From NCBI RefSeq assembly GCF_006345805.1, contig NC_043006.1, forward strand, positions 104,098,001 through 104,162,000: a stretch of 64,000 nucleotides of DNA, in the 5' to 3' direction. Shown here piece by piece: positions 24,300-37,338 of this stretch. Made by a program: the position numbers and the translations under genes. The DNA comes from Octopus sinensis (Eukaryota). How positions within the stretch are numbered: the first letter of the stretch is position 1; the number at the start of each line of letters is the position of its first letter. Under the pieces are notes generated by a model. That model ran no database searches. It had not been told where the DNA came from and saw only the letters and a program-made list of their open reading frames with translations.

Positions 24300-25150
24300 A
24301 GAGCAGATGGAATAAAGGTTTGCAAATTTTAGGGATTATCAATGGAAACAAAATTCTCTAAGCATACATCAGAAAAACATTCTGGAAGGAAAAAGCAACC
24401 ATTCTCTGGGATATACAAATATTCACGCAAAGATATCAAAGCTAACCGACCAGAAATCAGTATCAGCAGTGACAAAAAATTAAGTATCTTCTTATTGACA
24501 GATCGGTCCCAACGGATGGTAATATATCACAAAACGAAATGAAGACATAAAGATACCCGCGAATATGTGACCTGAAAAGCGGAACAGGCCTTACAGTAAG
24601 AGAGATTTCCTTTGCAAATGACCAAAAATATGCAGAGAAATTTCATAAGCATAACCTCAATCTTACAAATATGCATACCATACAGAAAATAGCTTTGCTA
24701 AGTACAGCATGTATATATATTATGGAGTGCATTTCAAGAAAGCAATATAAACCAAACCAAAAGTTTAAAAAATGGACATACTCACGACACAAATATACGC
24801 TCACTAGTGCAGGACAATCACGCAATAATGCAACGTAACGGACCAGATAACACTTTCCTACTGAAGGAATCCGAAGAACGGACTTCCAGCAATGTAGCTA
24901 TACCTGCAGACGAGAATATTGTGAATACTGAGGACAAGCAAGTCGGGAAGTATAAAGATCTAAGATTGGAAGCGAAAAGAATCCATGGAACTTCGGAAGT
25001 GTATGTGGTACCTATTGAGATCGGTACCCTTGGAACCATCTCAAGGAGAGCAAGGGCATTTGCAACAAAAACTGCAAAACACAAAAATCTTTACGAAGTA
25101 TTCAGTTGACAGTAATACTTGGAACAGCTCTTGCGTTGAGGAAAGTGTGA
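24300..25150 (+). pseudogene. Two degraded R4/Dong-type RLE fragments
   Basis: ANRPEISISSDKKL (ORF 24342) and NVAIPADENIVNTEDKQVGKYKDLRLEAKRIHG...VVPIEIGTLG (ORF 24807) match RLE motifs PDI and KY.DL. Confidence 0.75.
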
Positions 25151-25468
25151 CAGCAGCAATGTCATTATTAGCTTATAGGACATATACTTTAAACAATGAA
25201 ATATATACTCTAAGTAATTAGTTTTAACTTTGCGTCTGCCTTTGGGTGATGCATCTTACTGCAAGTCAGCAGCTAACGGATTTTCCTGTCTATCATCATC
25301 ATCATCATCGTCGTCGTCATCGTCATCGTCATCGTCATCGTCGTCGTCGTCGTCGTCATCATCATTATCATATTCAAGATAAGCTGCGGGGTGGAGTTGA
25401 GAAGTGACATAGATAAATCAGGAGAATTTAAGTGATTAAAAAGTAATAATATATATAATAATGATATA

Positions 25469-25871
25469 GGCACAGGACTGGCTGTATGGTAAGTAGCTTA
25501 CCACCAACCACATGGTTCTGGGTTCAGTCCCACCGCGTGGCACCTTAGGCAAGTGTCTTCTACTATAGCCTCGGGCTGACCAAACCTTGTGAGTGGATTT
25601 GGTAGATGGAAACTAAAAGCCCATCGTATATATGTATATATATGTGTATGTGTGTGTATATGTTTGTGTGTCTGTGTTTGTCCCTCTAACATCGCTTGAC
25701 AACCGATGCTGGTGTGTTTACGTCACCGTAACTTAGCGGTTCGGCAAAGAGACCGATAGAATAAGTACTAGGCTTACAAAGTTTAAGTCCTGGGGTCGAT
25801 TTGCTCGACTGAAGGCGATGCTCCAACATGGCCGCAGTCAAATGACTGAAACAAGTAAAAGAGTAAAAGAG
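25469..25871 (+). mobile_element. SINE type B
   Basis: Full copy. Confidence 0.92.
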
Positions 25872-26134
25872 GCTTCTTAGGAGTAGAAATATTGTTTGCC
25901 TTTGAGTGTTTAGCTACCTCCTTTTACGTCCTGATCTGAGTTCAAATCTCGAGAGAAGAAGGGATCGACTTCATATGACATGACTGTGTCATGAATAACG
26001 CCAGTACTAGTCATATACTGGGGTAATTAATTCATTCTGCTGCACAAACACTGTTTCCCTTATTATATATGGCTTTGTGCCAATGCTATATCTATTGATA
26101 TATAAGGAAACTCGCTTCTTCTCCTAGTGCTGCT

Positions 26135-26505
<371 letters not shown>

Positions 26506-26613
26506 CATGTATATATGTGTACATGTGTGTGTGTGAGTTCGTTCATTGCTTTGAAAATATCTGTCTTCTTGATATTGCATATAGTAAGTTTAAAGTAAGT
26601 TAATATTACGAAT

Positions 26614-26989
26614 GGAGAGGAAACGTTTTTATACACCAATACACACACTTAGAGGCACACACACACACACACACCCCATACACACATATAAGAGAAACAC
26701 GCCGCAAGGCGAGCACCACGCAGCAGGAAACATCTTCAGTCGAAGAACTCCCCTCCGACAAGTGTTTGGGCTCTTATACCTGATACTCTACAGGAGCCGA
26801 GCCCACCCAGGTCATGACTCTAGCTGCTTTCCTCCGTCTCCACTGGGATTTGAACCTGGGTCGGTATTTTGTTCCCAGGTCAGTGTTTCAGCGCACCAGG
26901 CCCACTCTGGTTGACAAAGGAACCAATTTTCTTCTCCCGTCTATTTCTGTAACTAGCCAAAGGAGAATAACGGTTTTATACACCAATAC
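26614..26989 (-). mobile_element. Unclassified ~350-bp element bounded by ~28-bp direct repeats
   Basis: ggagaggaaacgtttttatacaccaatac (26614-26642) vs ggagaataacggttttatacaccaatac (26962-26989); B-box GGTTCAAATCCC on the minus strand (26845-26856). Confidence 0.45.
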
Positions 26990-27276
26990 CACATAAAAGT
27001 GTATGCACACATATATACACATACACACGCAGAATCACACACACACACACACACACACACGCATTAAATATATATATACTCACACACATATACATCTGTA
27101 AACCCACATGTTCATTATATTACTTTTTCACCAAACCATCATCTCTTGTATATATTTAAATATATTTCTCTCCTCTTTAGATATTTATATTTATTAGCCT
27201 ATTTGCATCCCTCATTACGCTTAGCCAGATTTTATATCTCACTCAACAGAATCAACATGCATATAAATATATAATA

Positions 27277-27317
<41 letters not shown>

Positions 27318-27988
27318 TTTTGGTGATTTTTTACAATTATATACAATTTTATAATATAGTTAATTTCTGTGCATTCAGCTTTCCATAATCGCGTTTTATA
27401 CGCATTTTAAACGCCATTATATATTGCTCTTTAGCCTTACTTCCTGCGTCTCTGTAGCAGTGGTAACGTCACCTCCATTCTGTTCTCTTATAGGACGTGT
27501 ATTATAAGCAATGGTTTTCACAGTTTTAAACTAATTAAAGCTAGTATCCATATTTTTTACATTGAAATTTGCATTATGTATTCAAGATACGTAACGGCTG
27601 TTACTAATTCAAACGTTTGTGGTAACAAACACGATCGTAGAATACTTATAGTTTTCATTTATACGCCATGTTTTCACCTTATTCTTTCGATATTTTTTTA
27701 TGGTTTATCTTTTACTTCTTTCAGAAATTGGACTGTGGCCATGCTGGGGCACTGCCTTTAAATATTTTTAGCCAAACAAAGTCAGGTACTTATTTCATGC
27801 GTTTCTTTTCATTTTGCAGAAACTCTAACTGTTGGAGATATAATCAAACTAACACCAGTTGTCAAGCAGAAGTGATGGAGGACAAACATAACACAGAGAC
27901 ATGCGCATAGGTATATACATAAATATATAATTATACACACGCACACACATATATATATACATATATACATATATATAAAATATATATA

Positions 27989-28026
<38 letters not shown>

Positions 28027-28140
28027 CATATATATACACACACATAGTATATACATATATATATACACACACACATATGTATATACATATATATATACAC
28101 ACACACACATATGTTATATACATATATATATATATATGTA

Positions 28141-28221
<81 letters not shown>

Positions 28222-28329
28222 TATATATGTGTGTGTGTGTGTGGTGTGTGGAGGCGTGTACGTAATGGCCCAGTGGTTAGGGCAGGAAACAGGAAGAGAG
28301 AGTGTGAGGAAGTGCGCCGAAAGAGTACA

Positions 28330-28633
28330 ACAGAAAAGGGGTAAGAAGATTTGTTGGATAAAGGTCGGTCGTTAGTTTGAATTCAAAAAAATAGCTTAGC
28401 AGAGTTCAGGATATCATGTAGATGGGCCGAGTGTTACGGTACGCGTCTTGTAAAAATAAAGCTAAAACATCATAAGGAAATTATCTGTAGAAAATGCTTA
28501 ATATTCTAAACATGTGTTTGTGTTGTGTCTATCTAACCGTAAGGGTGCGGTGGGTATGTTTAATTCTAGAATAATTACGAAATCTAATTTTCGATTATAA
28601 TTTCATCTCAGCTCTGTATATTAGACTCAGGTG
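28330..28633. repeat. 304-bp inverted duplicate of 30637-30940
   Basis: Reverse-complement identity over the whole length with one mismatch seen (aatattcta vs tagaatgtt). Confidence 0.95.
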
Positions 28634-28705
28634 AGAACGTGGTACACCGTGAGAACGTGGTACATGCAAAGTATTAAAAGACGCCCAGGGAAGGAAAGAA
28701 AGAGT

Positions 28706-28740
28706 GTTTTATGTTTCGAGCAAAGCTCTTCTTCAGAAAC
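28706..28740 (-). ncRNA. Putative minimal type I hammerhead in a Penelope-type terminus
   Basis: Reverse complement reads gttt CTGAAGA A GAGC TTT GCTC GAAAC ATA AAAC: stem I gttt/aaac, 4-bp stem II, AUA triplet. Confidence 0.65.
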
Positions 28741-29874
28741 CGGAGACCGACGAAAGTCCAAGAGAAAAGGAAGACGGAGGAAAGAAATGGCGAAGTGTAT
28801 ATGTATGTGTGTGCGTGTATGTACGAGTGTGTCTGTGTGTGCACGTATGTGTGAGTTGTGTGTGATGTGTGTGTAGGAGGTATATGTGCGTTCATGTTTG
28901 TGCGCGTGTGTGTATGTGTGCGTGTGTGTTGTGAGCGTGGGGTTGTATGTGTGTGTGCGTGTGTGTGCCTGTGTTTATGCATGTGTGTGTGTATGTACGT
29001 ATCTGCATGCGCATGTATGTAAGTGTTTGTTGTGTGTGTGTTGTGTGTGCGTGGGTGGTATATGTCGTTCATGTGTGTGTGCATACATGTGTGACTGCGT
29101 ATGTTTATGTGTGTGTGCATGTGTATGTGTGCGTGTTTATCTGTAGGTGCGTGTTTGCATGCGTGTGTGTGCATGGGGTTGTGTGTGTGGAGGTATATGT
29201 GCGTTCCTCTGTGTGTGCATGTTGTCGCATGCGTGTGTGTGTATACTCTCTTTTACTCTTTTACTTGTTTCAGTCATTGACTGCGGCCATGCTGGAGCAC
29301 CGCCTTTAGTCGAGCAAATCAACCCCGGGACTTATTCTTTGTAAGCCCAGTACTTATTCTATCGGTCTCTTTTGCCGAACCGCTGTACGTGTCTATATGT
29401 ACGTATGTACGTGTCTGTATGTATGTGTGCGTGTGTATATAAAATAAAATAAAATAGAATAAAATAAGATAAAATAGATAAAAGGGTGAAAAATACAAGA
29501 TGAAAAAACAAAAATTTAATAAACAAAACATTACAGATATAAGATGAAAAATAAATATTAAAAAGATAAAATAGAAATTAATACAAATAAGGTAAAAGGA
29601 GATAATAAACTGATAAAATAAAATAAAAGGATCAAAAACAATTACGTCGGAAAAAACGATTAAAAAAATCGATAAAAAACGAAAATAAAGTTATAAAAGA
29701 GTGAGTGAATATAAGATAGGATAAAAAGTTATTTTTTAGGGAGGATGTAGAGACAGTCATTGAAAGGACATACATATATACATGCAAGCATACATACAAA
29801 ACATACATAAATACATACATACGAAACATACACTACAAACATACATACAAACACACATATTAATATATATATAT

Positions 29875-29931
<57 letters not shown>

Positions 29932-29933
<2 letters not shown>

Positions 29934-30130
29934 TGCTCTTAGTTTTTCCTTGGGGTTGGCCAGATTGGAGCAATCTCGAGTATAACCAGCCGAAATTGCA
30001 AAGATTATCTTGAACTCGACTGAGGAAGGGAAAACTCCGAATGTTTTCTTTGTATCGTCTATCTGGATGTTTTGATGTCCTTTTTTTGTATCACCTAATT
30101 GTCGGGATGTTTTGCGTTCTGTCCATTTTG

Positions 30131-30135
<5 letters not shown>
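29932..30135 (+). mobile_element. (AT)n-flanked repeat, family shared with 44170-44405 (opposite strand)
   Basis: gctcttagttttt..ggccagattggagcaatctcgag..aaccagccgaaattgc is the reverse complement of 44320-44400. Confidence 0.8.
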
Positions 30136-30187
<52 letters not shown>

Positions 30188-30636
30188 CATCTAATATAGA
30201 ATTAATTTTTCGAAAAAAAAATTCTATCAATGGCCAGCATATTAAAAATACCTTTAAAGGTTAAATTTATAAACAACTTATAAACAAGGGCAAAGAAAAA
30301 AAAAATTAATGCCAAATATGCCGAAAAATATGGTTATTGACGGAAGTGTCTATTTTCGGCATATTTGGCATTAGAAATTTATATATATATTATATATATA
30401 TAGATATATATATATATATAGGGGTGTATGTACACTTTGGTCTCTTATATATATATATATATATATATAATAATATAATATATACCAACGGTTTCCTTCA
30501 GTCTCCGTTGACTATATCCACTTAGGATTCTTTGGTCGGCCTGGGGCTATAGTAGAAGACAGTGTGACAGTGGGTCACAGTGGGACTGAAGTGAAGACCA
30601 CATAGTTGTTAAAGAAGCCTCGTAACCACACGACCA

Positions 30637-30940
30637 CACCTGAGTCTAATATACAGAGCTGAGATGAAATTATAATCGAAAATTAGATTTCGTAATTATT
30701 CTAGAATTAAACATACCCACCGCACCCTTACGGTTAGATAGACACAACACAAACACATGTTTAGAATGTTAAGCATTTTCTACAGATAATTTCCTTATGA
30801 TGTTTTAGCTTTATTTTTACAAGACGCGTACCGTAACACTCGGCCCATCTACATGATATCCTGAACTCTGCTAAGCTATTTTTTTGAATTCAAACTAACG
30901 ACCGACCTTTATCCAACAAATCTTCTTACCCCTTTTCTGT
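30637..30940. repeat. Partner arm of the 304-bp inverted duplication
   Basis: See 28330-28633. Confidence 0.95.
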
Positions 30941-30973
30941 CTTCTCTTTCCTTACCCCCTACGTAACCTTTCC

Positions 30974-31577
30974 GGCATAACTATAGATTCCTGCTCCCAC
31001 CCCCGACTTTAGATGATCATAACCGTTTTGTGCGTTTGTGCATCCGTAGAGTTCTACCGAAGCAGCAGGCAATGAAGCTGTCACCAGAAAACTCGTCACT
31101 GGAAAGCTCGTCATGCTAAAAATACCAGCTAAAGGTCTAAACGTTTCTAACAGAAAGACATTGAATAGAAAAATTCTCCGTTTGAACTTTTTTAATTACA
31201 TATAAATGTGTGTGAGGACTAGAAATCTACGGATGCATAAACGCACAAAACGTAGAAAATGAAACAATTATGGACGATTTATTCCGAAACACCCCCGAGT
31301 GGGGAACGGTCCTCAAACGTAACCTCCAATGGTTTCCCCCCAAACTTCCTATGTTCTCGGAATTTACATAGTCCGACGTATATTTGTAGAAAATCTCATT
31401 AACAAATATCTATTTTCTTGAAAGTTAAGACGAATTGAAATAGATACCGGTGAATTTTCCGAAATTACCCATTATATTCCCTCCTAAGCACTTTCCCCCC
31501 AAAGTTTTGTATATCCATTTTTCTGATAGTTGTGATCATCGAAATTCGGGACGGGGGCAGGAATCTGTAGTCATGCC
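30974..31577. mobile_element. MITE-like element, ~604 bp, imperfect ~50-bp TIRs
   Basis: ggcataactatagattcctgc...gatgatcataac vs gttgtgatcatc...gcaggaatctgtagtcatgcc; flanks acctttcc / accctccc (6 of 8 identical). Confidence 0.75.
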
Positions 31578-31824
31578 ACCCTCCCTTATATCAAATCTTC
31601 TACTGACATATACAGTTAATCTACTTCTTGATCTTTAAACATTTAGTTTACAATCTCAAAAAATTATTTTAAAACTTTTCCTTTCATTCAGATTTGTAAC
31701 AAGGTGTACAACTTCTCGTGTCTACATATTGTTTAAATAACAGTTGGCAAAATCTCTCTCACTGGCTGAACAAATTGAAGGGCAAAAATGGAAGGCCCAT
31801 TCAACCTGATATTCGTAATATATA

Positions 31825-32347
31825 CCGTAAATCCTCGAGTATAGTCCGCCCTTGAGTATAATACGCAGGAGATTTTTAGGGGGCTGTACCGCCGAAAAAC
31901 CTAAACTTTGTGTATCATATGCACCACTTCTCTAACTTGAGTCGTGCGTAATTAAGCCAGCAGCACCTAGTCAAACAAACACTCTCGCACATGTGTAATA
32001 CAATAATGGTGATGTTCTTAACTGTTATATGGGAATGTAAATATGTTTGCAAATTGTTTTGTTATATGTTAATTTGTGTTCTGAATACTTTTATTTTAAT
32101 AAATGTTGCTTACTGCAAGTTATGGATGATTCTTTTATGATTTCATTGCTTTCAGGCTTAGCTTAATGTATTTTCAAGCCCGACATCACAAAATGCGTCT
32201 GAATAAATATTGCCGGACAGCAAATAGAGACTCGGACATTGCTTAGAAGATATTTTTTTTATTTTTAACCTCGTATATAGTACGCACTAGGGATTTTGAC
32301 CTTTAAATTTTAGGGAAAAAATGCGGATTATACTCGTTGATTTACGG
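31825..32347. mobile_element. Tc1/mariner-superfamily (pogo-like) MITE with TA TSD
   Basis: TA|ccgtaaatcctcgagtata ... tatactcgttgatttacgg|TA. Confidence 0.85.
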
Positions 32348-32588
32348 TATGATACATTAGGAAACATTGAATATAGATTAGAAAGATCCTTTTCCACTCT
32401 TCTTTTAGAGGCGTTTCTATACTTTATTTTTATGAAATACGAAAAATACAAATGGGATATTATTGTAAGAAAAAAAAAATAATGGAGGTGAAAACAGATT
32501 TAAAACTATTTCAGCGAAAGAATCTCAGCAATAAATTAAACTTGTAAACCAGAAGCAGCAGCAAAAACAACTGCAACAATAATAACGA

Positions 32589-32780
32589 TTTCAAATTTTT
32601 GCCACAAGGGCAGCTTTGGGGAGGGGATTAAGTCGATTACATCGACCCCAGTACGTAACCGGTACTTATTTAATCGACCCCGAAAGGATGAAAGGCAAAG
32701 TCGACCTCAGCGGAATTTGAACACAGAACCTAGCGGCAGACGAAATACTTTAGGCATTTCACCCGGCGTGCAACTTTACA
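32589..32780 (-). mobile_element. SINE type A (tail type 2) with a perfect 16-bp TSD
   Basis: gcaacaataataacga at 32573-32588 and 32781-32796. Confidence 0.9.
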
Positions 32781-33629
32781 GCAACAATAATAACGAATAG
32801 CAAAAGCATGGAAGAATATGAGAAGTCTGTCGCACCTTCGGTCAAAAACAGTTTCCCTGAGATGCAGTAGGTCCAATCATGTGATCTGGCAGTTCCCTCG
32901 CCTGTACTAGTCGATTCTCGTCAGCCAACGATATAGATATATGTGTTTTCATGCACCATACCTCCATATGAGATGGTCTCACAAGGCGAATACCGCAACA
33001 TTCGGCGTTCTAATAAAACATCTACATTAAGTTGGATATAAAGATTGCTGTTCGATATCAATACTGCTTCTGTCACTTATAATTAATTTTTAATAAGCTT
33101 TCTGACTATTTGCAACATCAGTGCTTGAAAAGTTGGGAAGCAAGATTTCGCTATTATGCGGGCTACCTGGCGCCTCTCACTGATGCGACGCAATACTTCA
33201 AAATCATGTAATCAGGCAGCTCCGGTGCCTTTAGAGACGGTTCTCGTTTGCCAACAGCACAATGCATTCACACGAGAGATCCTCTCAAGATGAGAATCGC
33301 AGTATACAACGTTCTAAGACATTGAAGTTTAATTGGATATATAATATATATATATATATATATACGTTGCCTTTATTGCAGCAATTCCCCCTATTTTCAC
33401 TCCTGTTGACTTGAAGAAAGTCCCTCTTCCGAAACGTCAAATGTTTTCTACTGCACGTTAAACACAGTGTCCTTGGTCTTTTTCTATACGTTGTATTTCG
33501 TGTTGCTCTTCATATCGCGCCTATTTCTTAATTCATTACCTTCATATTATACATAAATTAGTTCCGTGACAGAATTTTCATAGTTTGGCTAGACGACATA
33601 ATTATATCTGTAAGTTTTATTCGATGGTC

Positions 33630-33680
<51 letters not shown>

Positions 33681-34098
33681 GCTTTCGTCGTAACTGTCGT
33701 TGATGTTGTTGCTGCTAAACTAGTTGTTGTAGTTACATCACTGTTTCTTGTTATGAAGATTTGTTTCAGTTTAAGTTTATTATTAAACGCCATAGCACGA
33801 GGAAAAAGTAGATTTTGATGATCAGATGGAAATATGATACAGTGTTAAAATGGTACTTAAATACTCGCTGATCAGATGTCATTTAGAAAAACAATGAATT
33901 ATTGACGAAATATAAGAAACAATGACTACCGGTTATGTTTTCAGTCAAAATATATTGTAATGGACCAGTGAATAAAATATAAGCTCTGCTGTGGAGTGGA
34001 TGGAGGGGCAAATTTACTTTCTTGTCGGAAGATAATTTCCAATCTTTTCCATATATATATATATATGTGTGTGTATGTATATATATATATATATATAT

Positions 34099-34397
34099 AT
34101 CACCGTGATCACCGTGATCGACCAGGCTATCAGATGTTGCTACACATCGCTGGTCATATTGCTCTTCGCATTGTTTTAGCCTTCAAATGATGCCATCCCG
34201 CTGGCTAAGCGAGCAGGCAAACAGAGAAAAGAGTGAGAGAAAGTTGTGGCGAAAGAGCACAGCAGGATTCACCCCCCCCCCTGTCGGAGACTCGTGGAGC
34301 TTTAGGTGTTTTCGCTCAATAAACACTCTGGGAATCGAAACCACGATCCGATGACCGCCAGTCCGCTGCCCTAACCACTGGGTCATTGCGCCTCCAC
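34099..34397 (-). mobile_element. SINE type C head/body with an RTE-like tail (tail gamma)
   Basis: Type C head; reverse-complement tail tgaccagcgatgtgtagcaacatctgatagcctggtcgatcacggtgatcacggtgat. Confidence 0.85.
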
Positions 34398-34440
34398 ATG
34401 CATATATATATATATGTATATGTGTATACACACACACACG

Positions 34441-34519
<79 letters not shown>

Positions 34520-34739
34520 TGTTGATTGGAAAAGTTTTGGAAATTATTTATTCTCCATTACTCATGTTTCGTTTGCAAACAGAAGTTACAAGATTGCACA
34601 TGAAGAAGAAACATGTAAATATATTAGAAATTCTTCAGTCAAAGGATCAAATATTATTATTTCAGGCTCAGTATTCGTTCTGCTGAAGCGCCACAGGTAT
34701 GGCACTTACTTCCCCTTTCAATTTGGTGATAGAATCACC

Positions 34740-35137
34740 TAGCAAGTAGCTCAAATTTTCCCTGGCTCACGTGATTTGAAATGGTTTAAAAATCTCACTC
34801 TGAAGAAGAAATCTTCCACACACAATGCATTTTAATTTCTGCTAGGTTTCTGCAGCTACTGCACTTGGGTCCCGCTTACAGTGTGAACACTTCAAATCAG
34901 AATGCACCATTCACTTTTGTTCAAAGATCCACATATGTATTTGTTAGCCTCTCTCTCTCTTTCTCTCCATAATTTACGGCTTTCAGCAAATGTCTCCCCG
35001 AAATCCATACCAATCTTCAAAACTTTAAGGTTGTCTTTTATGAAATTCTTAAACTGCTTCAAGTTTTTGTGACGAGCCCTTTTCTCTCTAGTCAGTTTAC
35101 CAAAAGATATCTGCCTGGGCAGCCTTTCGTGTTCCAT
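34740..35137 (-). pseudogene. BovB-like RTE C-terminal fragment
   Basis: MEHERLPRQISFGKLTREKRARHKNLKQFKNFIKDNLK...ESRKLWR matches RTE/BovB R.P.Q.L.GEL..GKR...KD.LK...R..WR. Confidence 0.75.
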
Positions 35138-35206
35138 ATGTATTTATGCCTATCTATCTCTCTATATCTATCTATAAATCTATCTATCTATCTATCTATC
35201 TATCTA

Positions 35207-35237
<31 letters not shown>

Positions 35238-35490
35238 ATATATAATATAATATAATATAATATATATATATATATATTATATATAATATATATATATATT
35301 ATATATATAATTCTTTATATATATAATATATATATAATATATCTATATATATAATATATATATATATATAAATTTAAAATCAAAATGAAGGTGAAAAATT
35401 GAATATTAATTTGACAGCATCAATTTTAACACCATTGGGTCTAGAATATAAAAACAAACTGAGATTCAGTAAATAGTATTTTATACATAA

Positions 35491-35726
35491 ATATAAGAGG
35501 GAACCACTATGTGGAAACCCTTTCGCTAGAAAAAAATCCGCTATGGTTTCAACCACTAAGAATTGTTCTCCAGAAAATTTAGTACACCAGAAACGTAAGC
35601 GACGTTTGTCTTGCTCGCTTACGTTTCTGATGTGCTAAATTTTCTGGAGAATAATTCTTATTGGTTGAGACCATAGCGGATCTTTTTCTAGCCTAAGGGT
35701 TTCCACATAATGGTTCCCACTTATAT
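35491..35726. mobile_element. 236-bp near-perfect palindrome (foldback MITE-like)
   Basis: atataagagggaaccactatgtggaaaccc...cagaaacgtaagcga / tcgcttacgtttctg...gggtttccacataatggttcccacttatat; ~12-nt loop. Confidence 0.9.
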
Positions 35727-35799
35727 ATATATATATATATATATAGATATATATATATATATATATACTCACAACATTTTGTGTCTTGTGACAAATATA

Positions 35800-36057
35800 A
35801 CATGCACTGATTTAATATCACTTCTTTATTGTTTAACAATTGATTAAATATCTAGATAATAACTAATCGATCGTTTGCTTAATGTGTTGGTGAAATAATC
35901 GCCGCTTTTTTGTCGACGTTTATCAATGACACCATTGACAAACAGATAAACAATTGATTTTTTAACCAACACATTAAATAATCGATCGATTAGTTAGTCG
36001 GCTAGATATTTAACCAATTGACTTACAATTAAGAAGTGACATTAAACCATTGCATGT
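35800..36057. mobile_element. Imperfect ~258-bp palindrome (old MITE)
   Basis: acatgca...atcacttctt...aactaatcgatcg...ttaatgtgttgg / ccaacacattaa...cgatcgattagtt...aagaagtgac...tgcatgt. Confidence 0.75.
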
Positions 36058-36235
36058 GTCTTATCATCATTGGCGTAATGACCCTCCCAAGAGACAATAA
36101 GATTTGTCTCAACACATGAACTCACATCAAGGATTTTGCTATCTCAAACAATAAATACAAAAACAACAGTATATGTGTGTGTATGTATACACCACGCAAA
36201 AATATGTATATGTATATATATATTATATATATATA

Positions 36236-36273
<38 letters not shown>

Positions 36274-36327
36274 TATGTATATATATAAATATGTGTGTGT
36301 GTATCTATCTATCTATCTATCTATCTG

Positions 36328-36368
<41 letters not shown>

Positions 36369-36408
36369 GTATCTATCTAGCTAGCTATCTATATATATAT
36401 ACATATAT

Positions 36409-36497
<89 letters not shown>

Positions 36498-37338
36498 CAT
36501 ACACACACACACACACACACACACCATATATATATATATATATTTCTAAACGCTTGTACATGGGCGTGCCTTTATATACAATAGAAATACAAGATATCCT
36601 AGGAAATGGCAAGAGGGGCAATTTTATTGTTAAGAGGAAAGCCACAGATTAACGCATATATACATAGACACAGATACATCATATATACAAACATAAACAT
36701 ACACACACGCACTCACACACACATAATTTAGACGCGCGTTATCTAAGAGTTATGACTCGATGTGGCCAGAGGCCTCTATTTGAATATCATACATAAACAC
36801 AGATATTTGGAATGTCATTCAACAAATTCTTGACTCATTATAGTTATTTCTATCTCTGGACCGTATATCACAATTACACATTTATAATCAAAAACCAGCT
36901 TCATTTATGAAGTGTAAATCTCAAAAACAAAAGAATTTCTCCAAAATTGATATGCGTCGAAGGAAAGAGACAAGAGATAACAAGACAGTAGTGGACACGG
37001 GTTTCTGACTCAGTAGCTATCATCGGAAGGACAATTGTCCGATCTCATCTCTCCGGACCATAAACCCGTCCTTTTCCTGAAAGGTATGTCAGTTTAGGAG
37101 AATTCTCGATTGGCACAAGGCTTTAATAGCATTTAGTAATTATGATACGTTCTTTAGAGTTGAAGATAATTTTAATAAGTCAAGAATGTTTGCTGTGTAG
37201 CATCCGACATATCGGTATTTGTCTCTACGTTTGTATTTATGTATGTATGCCTGTATATGTATATATCAGTGTGTGTGTACATATGTGATATTACATTAAA
37301 GGTATTCATACTTTTATTCATTAAGATAGTGCTTTTGT

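Noticed and set aside
29990-30060. Hammerhead-like CTGAGGA A GGGAAAACTCC GAATG (and CTGACGA...CGAATG at ~44285-44315, minus strand)
   Set aside because: GAAA is GAAT in both, and no stem I or III pairing could be drawn; at most a decayed Penelope terminus.
28330-30940. Reading the 304-bp inverted arms as TIRs of one 2.6-kb transposon
   Set aside because: There is no TSD, one arm includes the end of an older SINE, and the junctions are scrambled; templated duplication explains it better.
32820-33330. Possible degraded RTE-like coding relic on the minus strand
   Set aside because: Only vague motif resemblance; it cannot be supported without a homology search.
33401-33445. TTGAAGA...CCGAAACGTC motif
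   Set aside because: C3 is lost, stem II is unconvincing and there is no stem I; probably a dead Penelope-type relic.
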